A stretch of DNA of 64,000 nt from Marsupella aquatica (Eukaryota; Plantae; Marchantiophyta), in contig OZ316899.1 in the NCBI GenBank assembly GCA_973895155.1, positions 12,837,934-12,901,933 on the forward strand, written 5' to 3'. The notes under the pieces were generated by a model, which was given only the letters and a program-made list of their open reading frames with translations, did not search any database and had not been told where the DNA came from. Positions 12,996 to 24,896 of the stretch are shown in pieces. The translations under genes were made by a program, and so were the position numbers. How positions within the stretch are numbered: position 1 is the stretch's first letter; every line of letters begins with the position of its first letter.

Positions 12996-13424
12996 ATGCA
13001 CATGAACGAGCAGCAGACAAAAACAACAAAGAGCGCATTTCGATGGATCCGGCCACTTCACGAACACAAGACACAAACATCGATCAGGGGGAGACTCAAA
13101 TTGACCTAGCACTCACGAACCAGTGAAGAGGAACACCAGCTACAAGCGGATGGAGACGAAGACAGTATCAACCCAACGAATCGCTCGACATACACCTACG
13201 ACTTACGGGACTTAGCATAAATTAGAGTACCACTTCAATACTTTAGTCCAACGATAAGATAAATAGAACTAAACGATTACAAACATTTTTCAGTACCTAC
13301 TGTGTACATTTCACACTATAGATTAACTCCACCCACAATTGGAGAGGGATGGTGATACTCTTTCCTCCCACAAGTGCGAAGGGGAGGTTTTAATGAGATT
13401 ACATCCCCCCAACAATAAACACCA

Positions 13425-13561
13425 TACTACAACCCAGGTTAGAACCAGGTTAAGTATACTCTACTAGGGTTAAGGAAAACTACCTTAACCGTTCCTCCTT
13501 AAGGAACCTATATGTATTTACTCAAGGATGAAGGAAGAAGTATTGTAGTTCACGTTCAACA
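13425..13561 (+). repeat. 3' LTR of copia 1
   Basis: Matches the 5' LTR except for the first 6 nt and one internal base. Confidence 0.93.
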
Positions 13562-13611
13562 ATGCCAAAATGAGTCACATATTGCGGTCTCAGTTCACCT
13601 CAAATTCTTCT

Positions 13612-14085
13612 AGTGCCGGGACTACAATGGGTACCTCCTCACCCAACTAAAGAAGACCTTGAAGGAGGAACAACAAGTGATAGACCAAGGGAGCGTGTCC
13701 CAACATGGTTATCACATGCCACTGTTGTGCCAGTATGCCTGGAGTCAGACCTTTGCACCAATACTCCCCCTACAAGCAAGGGTACCAGAGGAGGAGTTGG
13801 AACCGAGACCAGCAGCAAGGATGCCAAAACCGCCCGATAGCCCCATGATAGCGCAAATCTTTAGGCTGATGCCAAAACCCATGCCGATGCAGCAACGGGC
13901 TATGCAGAGCCTCTTGCAGATGCTGCAGAAGTAGAAGCCGGCAATTGCAGCACAGGCACCAGTACACAACATTGTTGGGGAGGGAGGCACCGCAAGACCC
14001 ACCAAAGTAGATCCCTTTGCTGGGGCCGCGGAGAGAAGGAGGACGGAAAACAAGTCGAGGGTGCAGATGTACATGGGAGCCTCAA
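13612..14085 (+). pseudogene. Diverged fragment of the LTR-borne ORF also present at 21685-24896 and 60607-64000
   Basis: RDYNGYLLTQLKK.LKEEQQVI..GSVS..GYHMPLLC.YA.SQ.FAP.LPL is shared with those copies. Confidence 0.85.
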
Positions 14086-14087
14086 AG

Positions 14088-14708
14088 TGGTGGACCTTGC
14101 CACCTAGCGCCCTCACCAATCACTCACGCCTAAGTGCCCTAGTGCTCGAACACCTCCATGGAATACCTCGAGCAAGCAACCTAGTGCCCCTTGCACTGCC
14201 AGCGGCCCCTCCCATATGAAGCCGCACTTGCTCTCCAACACGACCGCTACTCAACAGTCCTCACTGTTTGCACAAGCAACCAAGTACCTCGGTAAGTAAC
14301 CCTTCAGGATCTAGAACTCCCCAAGTCTAGCATCCTAACTCAAGCTTAATGTTGGTAAATAGGTCAGCAATAGGTCTTTCCGATGCCATAAGCCGGAAGC
14401 AGAACCCACGCCCACTATTTGTTCAGAACAGCTCCTTCCTTGGGCGCGGCCTGGGTTCCCCTTCGTACCTATCCATCATCAACTGACCGCCCTGACCCCA
14501 GGATATGCTCATGGCCCAAATAGCGTAGCTTGTCCCAACACGCTAGGACCATAATGGCCCCAACTCTTGCAACCAACTCTTGGTTCTTGCCCCACTGATG
14601 GTCTAGGGGCCAAGCACCCTTGGAACTCAACCTCCACACCTACTTGGCCTTGCCTTCCCAACGCAAGCTCCCTTGGGAGACTGAACGCGGCTTGGCTGCT
14701 GTTTGACA
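14088..14708 (-). repeat. Isolated LTR of the gypsy family at 38720
   Basis: Reverse complement aligns along its length with 38720-39372. TG...CA ends. No TSD found. Confidence 0.85.
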
Positions 14709-14799
14709 GGATTTGGCAAGCGGGCAAGCTAACACCCGCAAACCTCGAGAACCCATGGCGCCCCAGACCTAGCTGAGCTCAGCATCAAGAAATTGGTAC

Positions 14800-15500
14800 C
14801 CATATTATTTGGCAAGGTTTTATGGTGTTTTCATCACAACATATAAGTAATATTGATTTACACACAAAGTACTTCAATGATGATTCATCATTGAAATTTT
14901 CAGCATTGAATGAGGTATTTTTACCACAGATTTTTTCTATGTTTAATCATTATAGTGTCATCATGGATGGATTCATCACATTTTCATTGCTGATGGGCAT
15001 CACTTTCCATGCATCAAAAATTTGACAATGCTTAAGCAAGGACTCATTGTAAAATATACAATGATTTTCATTACATTTTCATTGTCTTATCAGTATCTGT
15101 TCAACTTGACAATATTAGCTAGTGGTCGTATAATGAATCATCAGCTATTGATCATCGTTGCACTATTATAGTTTTGGAGTTGACATAGATGTGACGTCAT
15201 CATTGAATCAACATGTTTCAATTGTTGAATAGCTTTCATTTCAGTGATATTTAATTGTGATTGCCTTCAATATTCCATATTGTGCCATTCATTATGCAAT
15301 GAATTGTCAATGTTGTTTCCACACTGAAAAAATATGTCATGAATAGACACTTACTCAACATTGTAAAATCATTGTGATTTCATTGTTGAATTATTGTGAC
15401 ATCACTATTGGTCTAGCTTGGACTCTGAAATAGTTTGGTGTTGTTTTGTTGCCCTTTCAATACCATTTCATCAACTAGTCATTTTCATTTCAAGCAAAAT
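14800..15500. repeat. AT-rich tract with dispersed TCATTG/CAATG motifs, possibly DNA-transposon subterminal repeats
   Basis: Short motif recurs in both orientations; no ORF. Parent element not identified. Confidence 0.35.
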
Positions 15501-15852
15501 ATTTGCCGATTTGGACTTGTGCAACAAATGAGGGGTCTAGAAGATACCTACATCTGACATGTGTCACACCCAGTCATCCTGGCCCCGGCCCTGGCCCCCA
15601 ACCCCTAATCATCTCATCCACGTAAAGGAACTATGTCTCTTCATGGCTCTTGTTCTCTTGAACATTGATCCGTTAAGGCTCCATCACTCTCACTCACCTG
15701 CAATTCTGTAGTTTCACTCACCTATAGATTCTATAGACATGAGTATTTCAGAGAATGCATATACAAGACCAAACGCTTACAGGGGTAAATGAATCTTGTA
15801 GACTGCATGCCATTTGAATGAATCCTCTACAGACTCAACTATGGGTGATTTG

Positions 15853-18800
15853 TGTTGTAAACAAAGTAGATGATTGTAATCTTCCACACACTTCCATTAT
15901 ATCAAGGACTTATATAGTCCTAAGAGGTTAACATATTGGGTTAAGGTTAACCTACTCTAGTCTAGGGTTAAAGTAAACTATGGTTTATGACACTTCCCCT
16001 TGGTTAATTGGACGGGGTGTCAAGTAACCACACTTTTAACCCTAGTGTAAAATGGAATCCACTTTTGATGTAGCCTCATTAAAACTTGCTGCTTTCTTCT
16101 CAAGGAAGAGTACTACCATCATTAGAATTTGTGGTCCATAAAATGTATGTTCTATATGATGAATTATCCTGTTAAATTCTAAGGTATGTTAAAATTTAGG
16201 GTAACTTTAGAGTAAGAGTAGTTCACTATGTCTAAAAGTATAATGTCTTATGCCCGAACGGTTAATTGAATCGAAGTAATGGTGTAAAGTCGGAGGTATA
16301 TGTGTATAGCTTAGGTCGGGTATTTGGTAAACAGGGAGGTGTTGGGGGGAAAGGTCGAAACCCAAATTCCGAAGTCCTCATTTCGTTTTTCAAGCATCTG
16401 CTTGGTGGGGTGCGTCGGCAGTGGGGGAAAGCAGGGTAGAGAGTCGACACATTCCGATGGCGGTAACGTGCTGTCGATGGGGTCCCGCAGGTAAGGGCTT
16501 CGTAAAAAGATCGGCGCAATTGTCTTGTGAACGGATCCACTTCACCTGGATCTGGTTTCCACTCTGTTCGTGCGTAAAAAAGAATTTTGGATCAATATGT
16601 TTGGTCCGATCTGTCTTCATGTAGCCTGCAACAATTTGGTCGACGCATGCTTTATTGTCTTCGTAAATAATTGTTGGTTTGGTCAATATCGTTTTGCCTG
16701 TTTGTTTCAGGATATAGTTGATAATACTGCGGAGCCATATCGCCTCACGACATGCTTCATAGAGAGAGATGACTTATGCGTGATTCGAGGAGGTTGTGGT
16801 CATGCTCTGTTTCGTACTCCTCCAGGATATGGCAGTTCTCCCTTGCAGGAAAACGTAGCCAGTCTGTGACTTCGAGTCCTGTGGGTCAGAGAGGTACCCC
16901 GCATCTGCATAACCGATGAGTTCATCTGGGTTGTCGTTTGGGAAGAAAAGGCCCATATCTATTGAGCCTTGAAGGTAGCGGAATACCCTTTTCACGCCGT
17001 TCCAATGCCGAATAGTTGGATGTGCACTGTGTCGTGCCAGTAAGCTTAGTGCGAAGGAGATATCCGGTCTTGTATTGTTTGCCAAGTAGAGAAGGGCGCC
17101 AATGGCTGATAGGTATGGCTTATCCGAGTCAAGGGCTGGTTCATTCTCCTGTCGTCGCCTGAACATGTCCTTAGCTGTGTCCAATGACCGCATCTCCATG
17201 GGTGTGGACACAGGATATGCATTGTGCATATGAAATTGTCGAATGATCTTCTTGGTATAGGTTGATTGACTAATAAATGTGCCAGTTTGCAGGTATTCAA
17301 ATTGTAGTCCTAAGCAGTATGTCGGCTCTCCAATTTCTTTCATCTCGAAAATACTCTTCATTGTATTAATAGTTTTGCGTAAGAGTTTTGGAGTACCAAA
17401 TAAGTTGACATCATCGACGTATAGGGCGAGGATGACGAATTCTGTATCGATGTGTTTGATGAATATGCACGGTGCGATATCGTTGTTGATAAATCCAAGG
17501 GTTTGCATCTCAGTTTTAAACTTCTGGTACCAGATGCGTCCACTTTGTTTTAACCCGTTGATGGATTTCAGGACTTGCACAACAAACGCCTGCTGTCCAG
17601 TCCCACTTTTTCTGGGGTGCTGGAGTGGATCTTTATTTGTGTTGCCACTGCTCAACACTAGGCCTTTGAGCTTCTCATCTGGTACAATCTGTCGTATTCC
17701 TGACTTCATGTCCTTACTCAAGTTCTGGAAATGTTTCCCTTGGACATGTTCTGTCACTCTTGCGAGTAGTTCTTTTGGGGCTTTCATGAAAATTTCGGAG
17801 TCTAGTACTCCATATAGGTACGCTGTTACAACGTCCATTAGTATATTACAGAGTTGGTGTTTTCAAGAGAAAGCTATAAGATACCTGAATGTAGTCACAT
17901 CCATAATAGGTGAATAGGTCAAATCATAATCCCTTCCCGGGATTTGAGTGTAGCCTTTCGCTACTAAGCGTGCGCGGTATCTAATGACATCTCCTTTGGC
18001 ATTTCTCTTTCTGACAAATGTGAATTTGCTGTCTGTGTAATCATTGTTAGGTTGGACTTGTTTTAACGGGCCAAAGACATGCCTACGGATCAATGCATCC
18101 ATTTCAGTGTTAATGGCCTCTTGCCACTGTGGCCAATCCGACCTCGCTTGTGCTTCTTTAATGGTTAGGGGGTCCGGAGTGTCAGTTGATATTTGCTGAG
18201 CTATGTGATAGGCGAATTGTGCATCAACGACAGTGTTGGGTCTTTTATAGATTTGTCCGGTGTATTGGTATGGGATGGCCATTTCTTCATTATCTGGTAC
18301 GTTAGATCTATCTGGTTCGTTAGTGATAGCATGCATCGTGGTTTCAGGTAGTACCTGATGAGGGAGTCTCTGGCGTGGTCGGGAGTCTCTAGATTCTGGT
18401 GGCCTACCTCTTTTTTTCTTTGCCGTGGTCTCCATTGCTGATTTTGTGGCAGGTTGTACTCGAGCTGGTACGTTTGCTGCCTCTACATGGGATCTTGTAA
18501 CGTTGGCTGCATCATTAAAGGCGTCGGGGATCTTGTCCAACATTTCTTGGAGGTGTAGTAGTCTGCGGACTTCCTCATCCGCTCGCTTCGTTCGCGGGTC
18601 CTGGTTGAGTAAGTTTCGACTGTTCCAATTTATGCTTTGTGGAGGTGTATCCCTCGTCAATGGTTTTTCTGTAAGTAACTGGGGGAATGAATCTTCATAG
18701 AAGTGACAGTCTGCGTATCTGGCTTTAAATAGGTCTGCAGTGGTCGGTTCCAGGTAACGGATTATGGATGAGGAGTCGTAGCCAACGTAGATTCCTTCCT

Positions 18801-21652
18801 GTCTTTGAGGTCCTATTTTAGTGCGCTTTGGCCCAAGGATGGGGACCATCACTTTGCATCCAAAGACGCGCAGATGTGACAGGTCAGGGGGTAATCCGAA
18901 CGCTAAGTGGTGTGGAGTTTTGGTATTAAACGCTGAGGGCCTGTACTTCAGCAATGTGGTGGCGTGGAGGACTGCATGTCCCCATGCGGAGAGGGGTAAC
19001 TTGGAGTTCAGTAGGAGTGGTCGAGTAATCATTTGGATACGCTTTATAACGGATTCGGCAATTCCGTTTTGAAAATGGACGTAGGAAACTGAGTATTCTG
19101 TGTCAATTCCCGCCGTCCAGCAGAAATCATCAAATGCTTTGGAGGTAAATTCCCCTGCTCCATCCACTCTCAGTTTCCGGATTGGATTTTTTGGGAACTG
19201 TGCTTTAAGTTTTAATATATTGGCTAAGATTCGTGCAAAGACTAAGTTTCGACTAGAAAGGAGGGATACTTGTAACCATTTAGTCGATGAGTCAATTATG
19301 GCCAGGAAGTACTTAAACGGTCCACTGGGTGGGTGTATTGGCCCACATACATCTGCGTTCAGGTGTTCCAAAAAATTTGGGATAGCATGGATCGTCTTCG
19401 GTATTGGTGGTCTTGTAATCATCTTCCCCTGAGAACAGGCTAAGCATTGTTGTTTCATTGTGGATGGGTTGACTCCTTGTGGGATTCCTCTGGAGTCCTT
19501 GATAATTCTCCGGTACATATTTACTCCTGGGTGTCCCAGTCGGTAGTGCCATAGGTGTGTTATTTCTGATGATTCAGTTGTAGAATAATTTACAGTAATT
19601 TGAGTCGCATAGAGACCGGGGGGTATGAGTGATAATGTCTCTTTAATATTGGTTCCATCATTGGTAATCTCCAAAATTTGTAGTGTGTCCTCTTCATCTG
19701 TCTTTGCCGTTCGTAGTTGGTATTTATTAGCGACTACGTCCCGAAAGCTTATCAAATTTTGAGTAGCTCGTGGGGCAAAGATTGCTGCATCAATATCAAT
19801 AACTGTTCCTTGTGGGAATGTCACTGTTGCGGCTCCCTTACCTTCTTCTATCTGGTTTATACCCGAAATTGTGGTCATTGATCGTGTAGATGGGGTGATA
19901 CTGTGGAAGTACTTCTTGTCTTTAAGAATTGTATGTGATGTTCCGCTGTCAATTATCCCAAGGTTGGGGTCATCTAATGAGGTGTGTATTGATGCTGGTG
20001 TTACCATATGGGTCTCCTGTTCTTCAGGTTGTTGTGTAGGTGTTTCTTTCGGGTCCTGATAGTTAGCTAAGTCTTCCTCCATCTCCATATAGTTGCCTTC
20101 TGGATTTTGCTTTAATTGGGCCCTTGCTTCTGTATGTCGTTTAGCTGCTTGGTCTGATGCCCAACAGTTCTTCTTTATGTGTCCTATTTTACCACACCGG
20201 TAACACAGCCTATCTTCTCTGATGTTATCAGGTGGGGTGTTTTGTCTGCTGTCTCGGCCGCTTGCTCCTCGACCCCGTGAGTTGTATGAAAAACAATTTC
20301 CTCGGCCTCTGGGATTTTGATTCCTGCTTCTGTCTTGATATCCGCCTCTGCCTCTTGATCTGCCTCGTCCCCTTTGGTTTCTCATATTATAATTTGTTTC
20401 TGGTTTTTGTGGTGGTGGGGCTGATCCTGCAGGTCGTTTTCTAGCGTTCTGCAGGGCAACGGTCTGCTGCTTCTCTTCTACCAGTAAATGTGCAATGAGG
20501 TCTGAGTAGACTGTAAATCTCATATTTCTGTACTGTGTACCGAGGGCTATATTTGCTTCTGGGAATGTGCTTAGTGTTTTGTCGATCATATCTGCATCAG
20601 GGACCGGATGGCCACACAACTCCAATTGGGATGTGATTCTAAATAATGCGCTATTGTAGCTGGCTATTGATGTGTAGTCCATCACTCGCAGGTTATACCA
20701 ATCACAACGGGCTTCTGGGAGCCAGACTTCGCGCATATGGTCGAATCTTGATTTTAATTTATCCCATAGTAGGCGTGGGTTGACCTCGTTCATATATTGG
20801 GTTTTGAGTGGAGGAGCCAAATGCTGGCGTAATAAGAAAACGGCCTTAGCCTTCTGTTGTAGTGTCAGATTATTATCAGTTATCAAAGTATCTTCGAGTT
20901 CCAGTGATGCAAAATATGTTTCTGCATCTACTGACCACGTTAGGTAGTTGCTGCCGTCTACTGAAAGGGCCTGAAAATGCAATTTCTCCAATGTTGCCAT
21001 ATTTCTTGCGCTTGTACTCGGGATTGTAATGCTCGGTGTGGTGGTGTATATATATAATACTTGGGTCTATCCAATTGGTAAATATATGCTTCGGGGAGTT
21101 ATAGGTGCTGGTTCGAAGCACCTATAAGTCCAATTTTGGGATTTCACCGTAGCATTGTTGTTTCTAATTTGGCATAACGGCCATTCCCAAATCCTGCATT
21201 GGATTCCTTGATGAAATAAGTTGGATGGAACAAAAAAAATTAGACAAATCCGTCCTTACGGCAATGAAGATTGAGATCGCTAATGGATGCCTTCCTCATA
21301 GCAATCTGATGTCCGGGCTCAATTTTTGCGTAAACTAGCATCACTTTTTAGGTGGGATTGTACTCAATTTTGGGGTAGTTAGGCGGTTACATAGGATTCC
21401 GGTGCCAAAAACGCAACATTCTTGGTAATTTTCTATGTAAAAACTACGATCTCTCAATATGTCTGTTGGGGCAGCCTAGGCAAAAAAAATCATTGAGCCA
21501 GTCGTGCTAATAACGTGTTGTAAACAAAGTAGATTGTAATCTTCCACACACTTCCATTATATCAAGGACTTATATAGTCCTAAGAGGTTAACATATTGGG
21601 TTAAGGTTAACCTACTCTAGTCTAGGGTTAAAGTAAACTATGGTTTATGACA
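15853..21652 (-). mobile_element. Full-length Ty1/copia retrotransposon, Bianca-like (copy 2, different family)
   Basis: LTRs 15853-15992 and 21516-21652 differ by a 3-bp indel. TSD ATTTG at 15848-15852 and 21653-21657. PBS 21501-21515 (GTCGTGCTAATAACG on +, matching the tRNA-Ile anticodon arm). PPT AAGGGGAAG at 15993-16001. Confidence 0.97.
16390..21000 (-). pseudogene. copia gag-pol polyprotein, single frame with two stops
   Basis: ORFs 21000-17863, 17838-16774 and 16686-16390 share one frame and carry gag, CCHC, IDSGT, INT, YVDD and RNase H motifs. Confidence 0.95.
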
Positions 21653-21684
21653 ATTTGAAGGAAAGTCTTTCAATTGAAAGAAAA

Positions 21685-24600
21685 CTCCATCTTCCTGGTG
21701 GTTTCCTCCAATTCCTCCTGGGCTTCCTCCAGGTCCTTCCGTCCCTCCTGCAGCTCCTTTCTGGCTTCTTCCAATTCCAATTTAAAGGTAGCCCTCTCCT
21801 CCTGGGTTGCTCTTAGCTCCTTGTCGAGCTCTGCTACGACCTCAGACTCCATCTTATTCATCTTGGCATAAGTCTGGTCGAGCTGGTCGTCCTTTTCATG
21901 CAGGTCGCCCTTGAAGCTGGCCATCAGGGATGCAAGCTCCTGCTGCAGTGCAATAATCCCTTGATAGGATTTCCCTAACTTGGCTTCCTTCTGCTCAAGG
22001 GCTCCGCGGATATCCTCAAGCTCTCCTTTCAACGCCCTCTCCCTTCTCTGAGTCTCCGCCATGGCCCGGTTGTTGGCGGTTATGTGGGCCTCCTCTACGT
22101 CCCTCAGCTCCTGCTTCCACTTTTCCCTGTCCTTGACCGCGCTGGCCAACTCTCCTTGGCTCCGAGTCAGTTTATCCTCGATAATCTGATTGCCAGACTT
22201 AGCGACATCCAATTGTCCTTGCATGATGTTTAGCTCATGCCACTTAATCCGCAGCTCATCTTGGGCTTTCTTGGCCGCCTGCAGGACTTCCACCTCGGCT
22301 TCCTTCTCCCTAAGCCGTCGGATGACCTCGTCCTTCTTGCTTCTCTCCAAAGCCACCGCTTCTTCTAATCGGTGCTTCTCCAACATCTCCCTCTGGAAAA
22401 AAGGTCCCTGCTCCAACTCCTCCCCAAAGATGCTGAGCGCCAGGTCCCCACACATCTCCCCGTACTCCATGGCTCTATCTTTAGCATAGGTGGAGTAAGT
22501 AGAAGTCATCGGCATCAACCACCTCGGCCTCTGTTCCCAAGCCGCCTTGCGGATTTCTTCTACGGTGGCAAGAGGGTTGCTTCTTTTTTTGGCAAGCCGC
22601 CTGATGTCCTCCGGCCAATCTCCTCCCGGTAAATCTTTCTCCCTAGCCAGGGCTGCTTTCTCTTCCTCCCTAAGTCGCTCCTGAAATTCTTGTGCCGTCT
22701 GCTTTATGCCGTCAAAGCTCGGGGGAGCAACCTCTGGTGGGGGAGACTCGGGGCTACTCTGCTGGGTGGGGTCCCCTCAAACTTCTCTTGGAAGCGTGGG
22801 GATAAATCAGCCACAGGTCCTTACTCCTGGAACATGATGATCCGACCCATAGCCAAAGTTATCATTGCTGTAGTCCTCCACCGCCTCCTCCACTGCTTGG
22901 ACTCCCGGCTTCCCCCTCTGTTCCCCTGGTCCTGCCGTGAAAACGGCCTCACAGATCACGGGCTCTTGTTCTTCCTCTGGGTTCCAGGCTGTCCTCTCCC
23001 TCTGCTCTCCGCGGGAAGGAGTCTTAGGCTGCTCTGCCTCCGATTCGGGGCTTGAGGCTCCCACATACATTCGCACTCCCGGCTTGTGTTCCGGCCTCCT
23101 TCTCTCCTGGGCTCCGGTAAAGGGGTTTTCCCTCCTGAATCGGCTTAGGCCGGCCTCTGGGGCAGTGTCCTGTACCGGTGTCGTTCTCTCCTTCTCCAGC
23201 ATTTTCAGCAGATTCTGCATGCCTGATTGCTGCATCGGCAAGTCTTCTTTCCTTGGCCAAAACACGTGCTCGATTGTAGGACTGGCAGGCTGGTTGGGCT
23301 CTTCTGTTGCCGGCCTCTGCTCCAGAACCTCCTCCGGTGCCCTTGCCTATAGGGGAAGTACTGGGGCAAAGATTTGACTTCTGGCATACCGGCACAACAG
23401 CGGCATGTGATAGCCAAGCCGGGACACGCTTCCCACGCCGATCACCTGCTGTTCCTCCTTCAAGATCTTCTTCAGTTGGTTGAGGAGGTACCCGTTGTAA
23501 TCCCGGCTTGGGTCTGGCCTTTCTGCCAAGTAGACCTGAGCCTTGCCGATCTCTGCCCTTGGCAAGTTACAATGCATGGTCACCCGCAAGAAATCGATCA
23601 TCTCTCCAATGTGTGGGTTGGTGCAGGTGTTCCGGAAGAAGCCATTCTTCGTTGATGGTCCTGGGAACGACCAGAACTCCTTGTCAGGTAAGGTCTTCCT
23701 GGTATCAACCTTGGTCTTATTACCCATCGGCAAGCCAAACACCTCGGCAATCACCCGGGGAGTGAGATAGAAATCCTTCCCATACACCCTCGTGGAATTG
23801 GTCTCGGGTTCCCATGATCCCACAAATTCTAATAAGTCTGAGTCCGGCACCTCCGGCTTCAGCCATGGTAATCTTACGAAGGTTTCCAAGCTGGATCCGG
23901 CCATGAAGCCCTGGTACTTCTTGGTCTGCATGGCTGTAAAGCATGCATCCTCCTCCCGTGCAAAATGTAATTGCACTTCCTTTGGTAGGGTCGCCGCCCA
24001 GCCTTTCCAGGTGTCATCCCTTGTTGGAATGGCATTGATGGGATTGACCTCCTCCTCTTTGGCTTCTTGTTGCCTCCTGTTCTGCTGCTCTGCTGGTTTC
24101 CTTGGTGCCGCCAACCTCGTTCTTTTTGCCGGGGTGGCCTCTTTGTTGTTGTTTCCTTTCCTCTTCATCTTGGCTGCCGTGGATGTTTCTCCTAGCACAG
24201 TTGCCTTTGTCCACCCATCCGTGCTACCCTTCAACTCCCAGTGCGCGTTGTTGCAGCGGTTGATGGCTTCCCGAATGCCGATGATTCTGTCTTCGCAAAA
24301 CAGAAGGTCATCAAGCTGATTGGCAGTAGGAGTCCACAAGAACTCAGCCTTGATGAGTTCTCCTCCTAAGAAGGCAGACTTCTGCAGCTCCCACAATCGA
24401 GCGAGCTCCTGCCATTCTCGAGCTGCTCTCTCCGATTCTTTGTCCTCATAAGTCCCAATGTACTCAGTTGCCCGTTCGAACAGGCATCCCCAAAAATGTG
24501 CTGCTTGATTGACATTGCTCATACCCTCCTTGACTCGATCGTTGGTATCTGTTCCCACCCAGAGTGCTTGCCTAAGTAGCTGACAGTATTTGGCCTCCCG

Positions 24601-24789
24601 TAGTCGTCTGCCCAGTTCGTGCTTGCAATTGAGCCACCATTCCTCGCAAGCGGTCCTTACCCCTCTCCTCCTCTGGTCTTCCCTCCCGTTGGTCACCCCT
24701 AGCCGCTGACGCTTAGCGCGCCCTAACCCTAATCGTGTTCTCTCCCCCGGCGTCCTTACTTCCGGCCTCGGCCCGGGTTCCATAGTCAC
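21685..24789 (-). pseudogene. >1000-aa LTR-borne ORF: plant-mobile/Athila-ORF1-like domain plus C-terminal coiled coil
   Basis: ORFs starting at 24789, 23265 and 22518 are in one frame, separated only by TAG/TGA stops that are sense codons in the other copy. LLEFVGSW...VYGKDFYLTPRVIAEVFGLPMG motif. Heptad-rich tail. Confidence 0.75.
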
Positions 24790-24896
24790 CCTTAATTGTT
24801 TATATTTTCCTTGTCTTGTTACTATACTAAGGTGTTTCCAGGGTACACTCCTGCTACCATGTAAACCGGCCTAGTGATTCATGGCTAGGCATCACA
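21685..24896 (-). mobile_element. Truncated long LTR (family of 60607) inserted in the CACTA 2 transposase
   Basis: Starts TGTGATGCCTAGCC at 24896 on the minus strand, the same nucleotide as the copies at 59445 and 60607. Colinear with 60607-63830. Confidence 0.8.

Larger units (their letters stand above)
7850..13561 (+). mobile_element. Full-length Ty1/copia retrotransposon, Bianca-like (copy 1)
   Basis: 137-bp LTRs at 7850-7986 and 13425-13561. TSD ATGCC at 7845-7849 and 13562-13566. Domain order gag-PR-INT-RT-RH. Confidence 0.97.

Noticed and set aside
8499-20444. Numerous short antisense or alternate-frame ORFs over gag-pol
   Set aside because: Shadow ORFs of the retroelement coding strands with no motifs.
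21501-21515. tRNA-Ile gene
   Set aside because: Only a 15-nt match adjacent to an LTR; it is a primer-binding site.
21670-22518. Host SMC or myosin gene fragment
   Set aside because: Generic coiled coil, in frame with the LTR-borne ORF in both copies.
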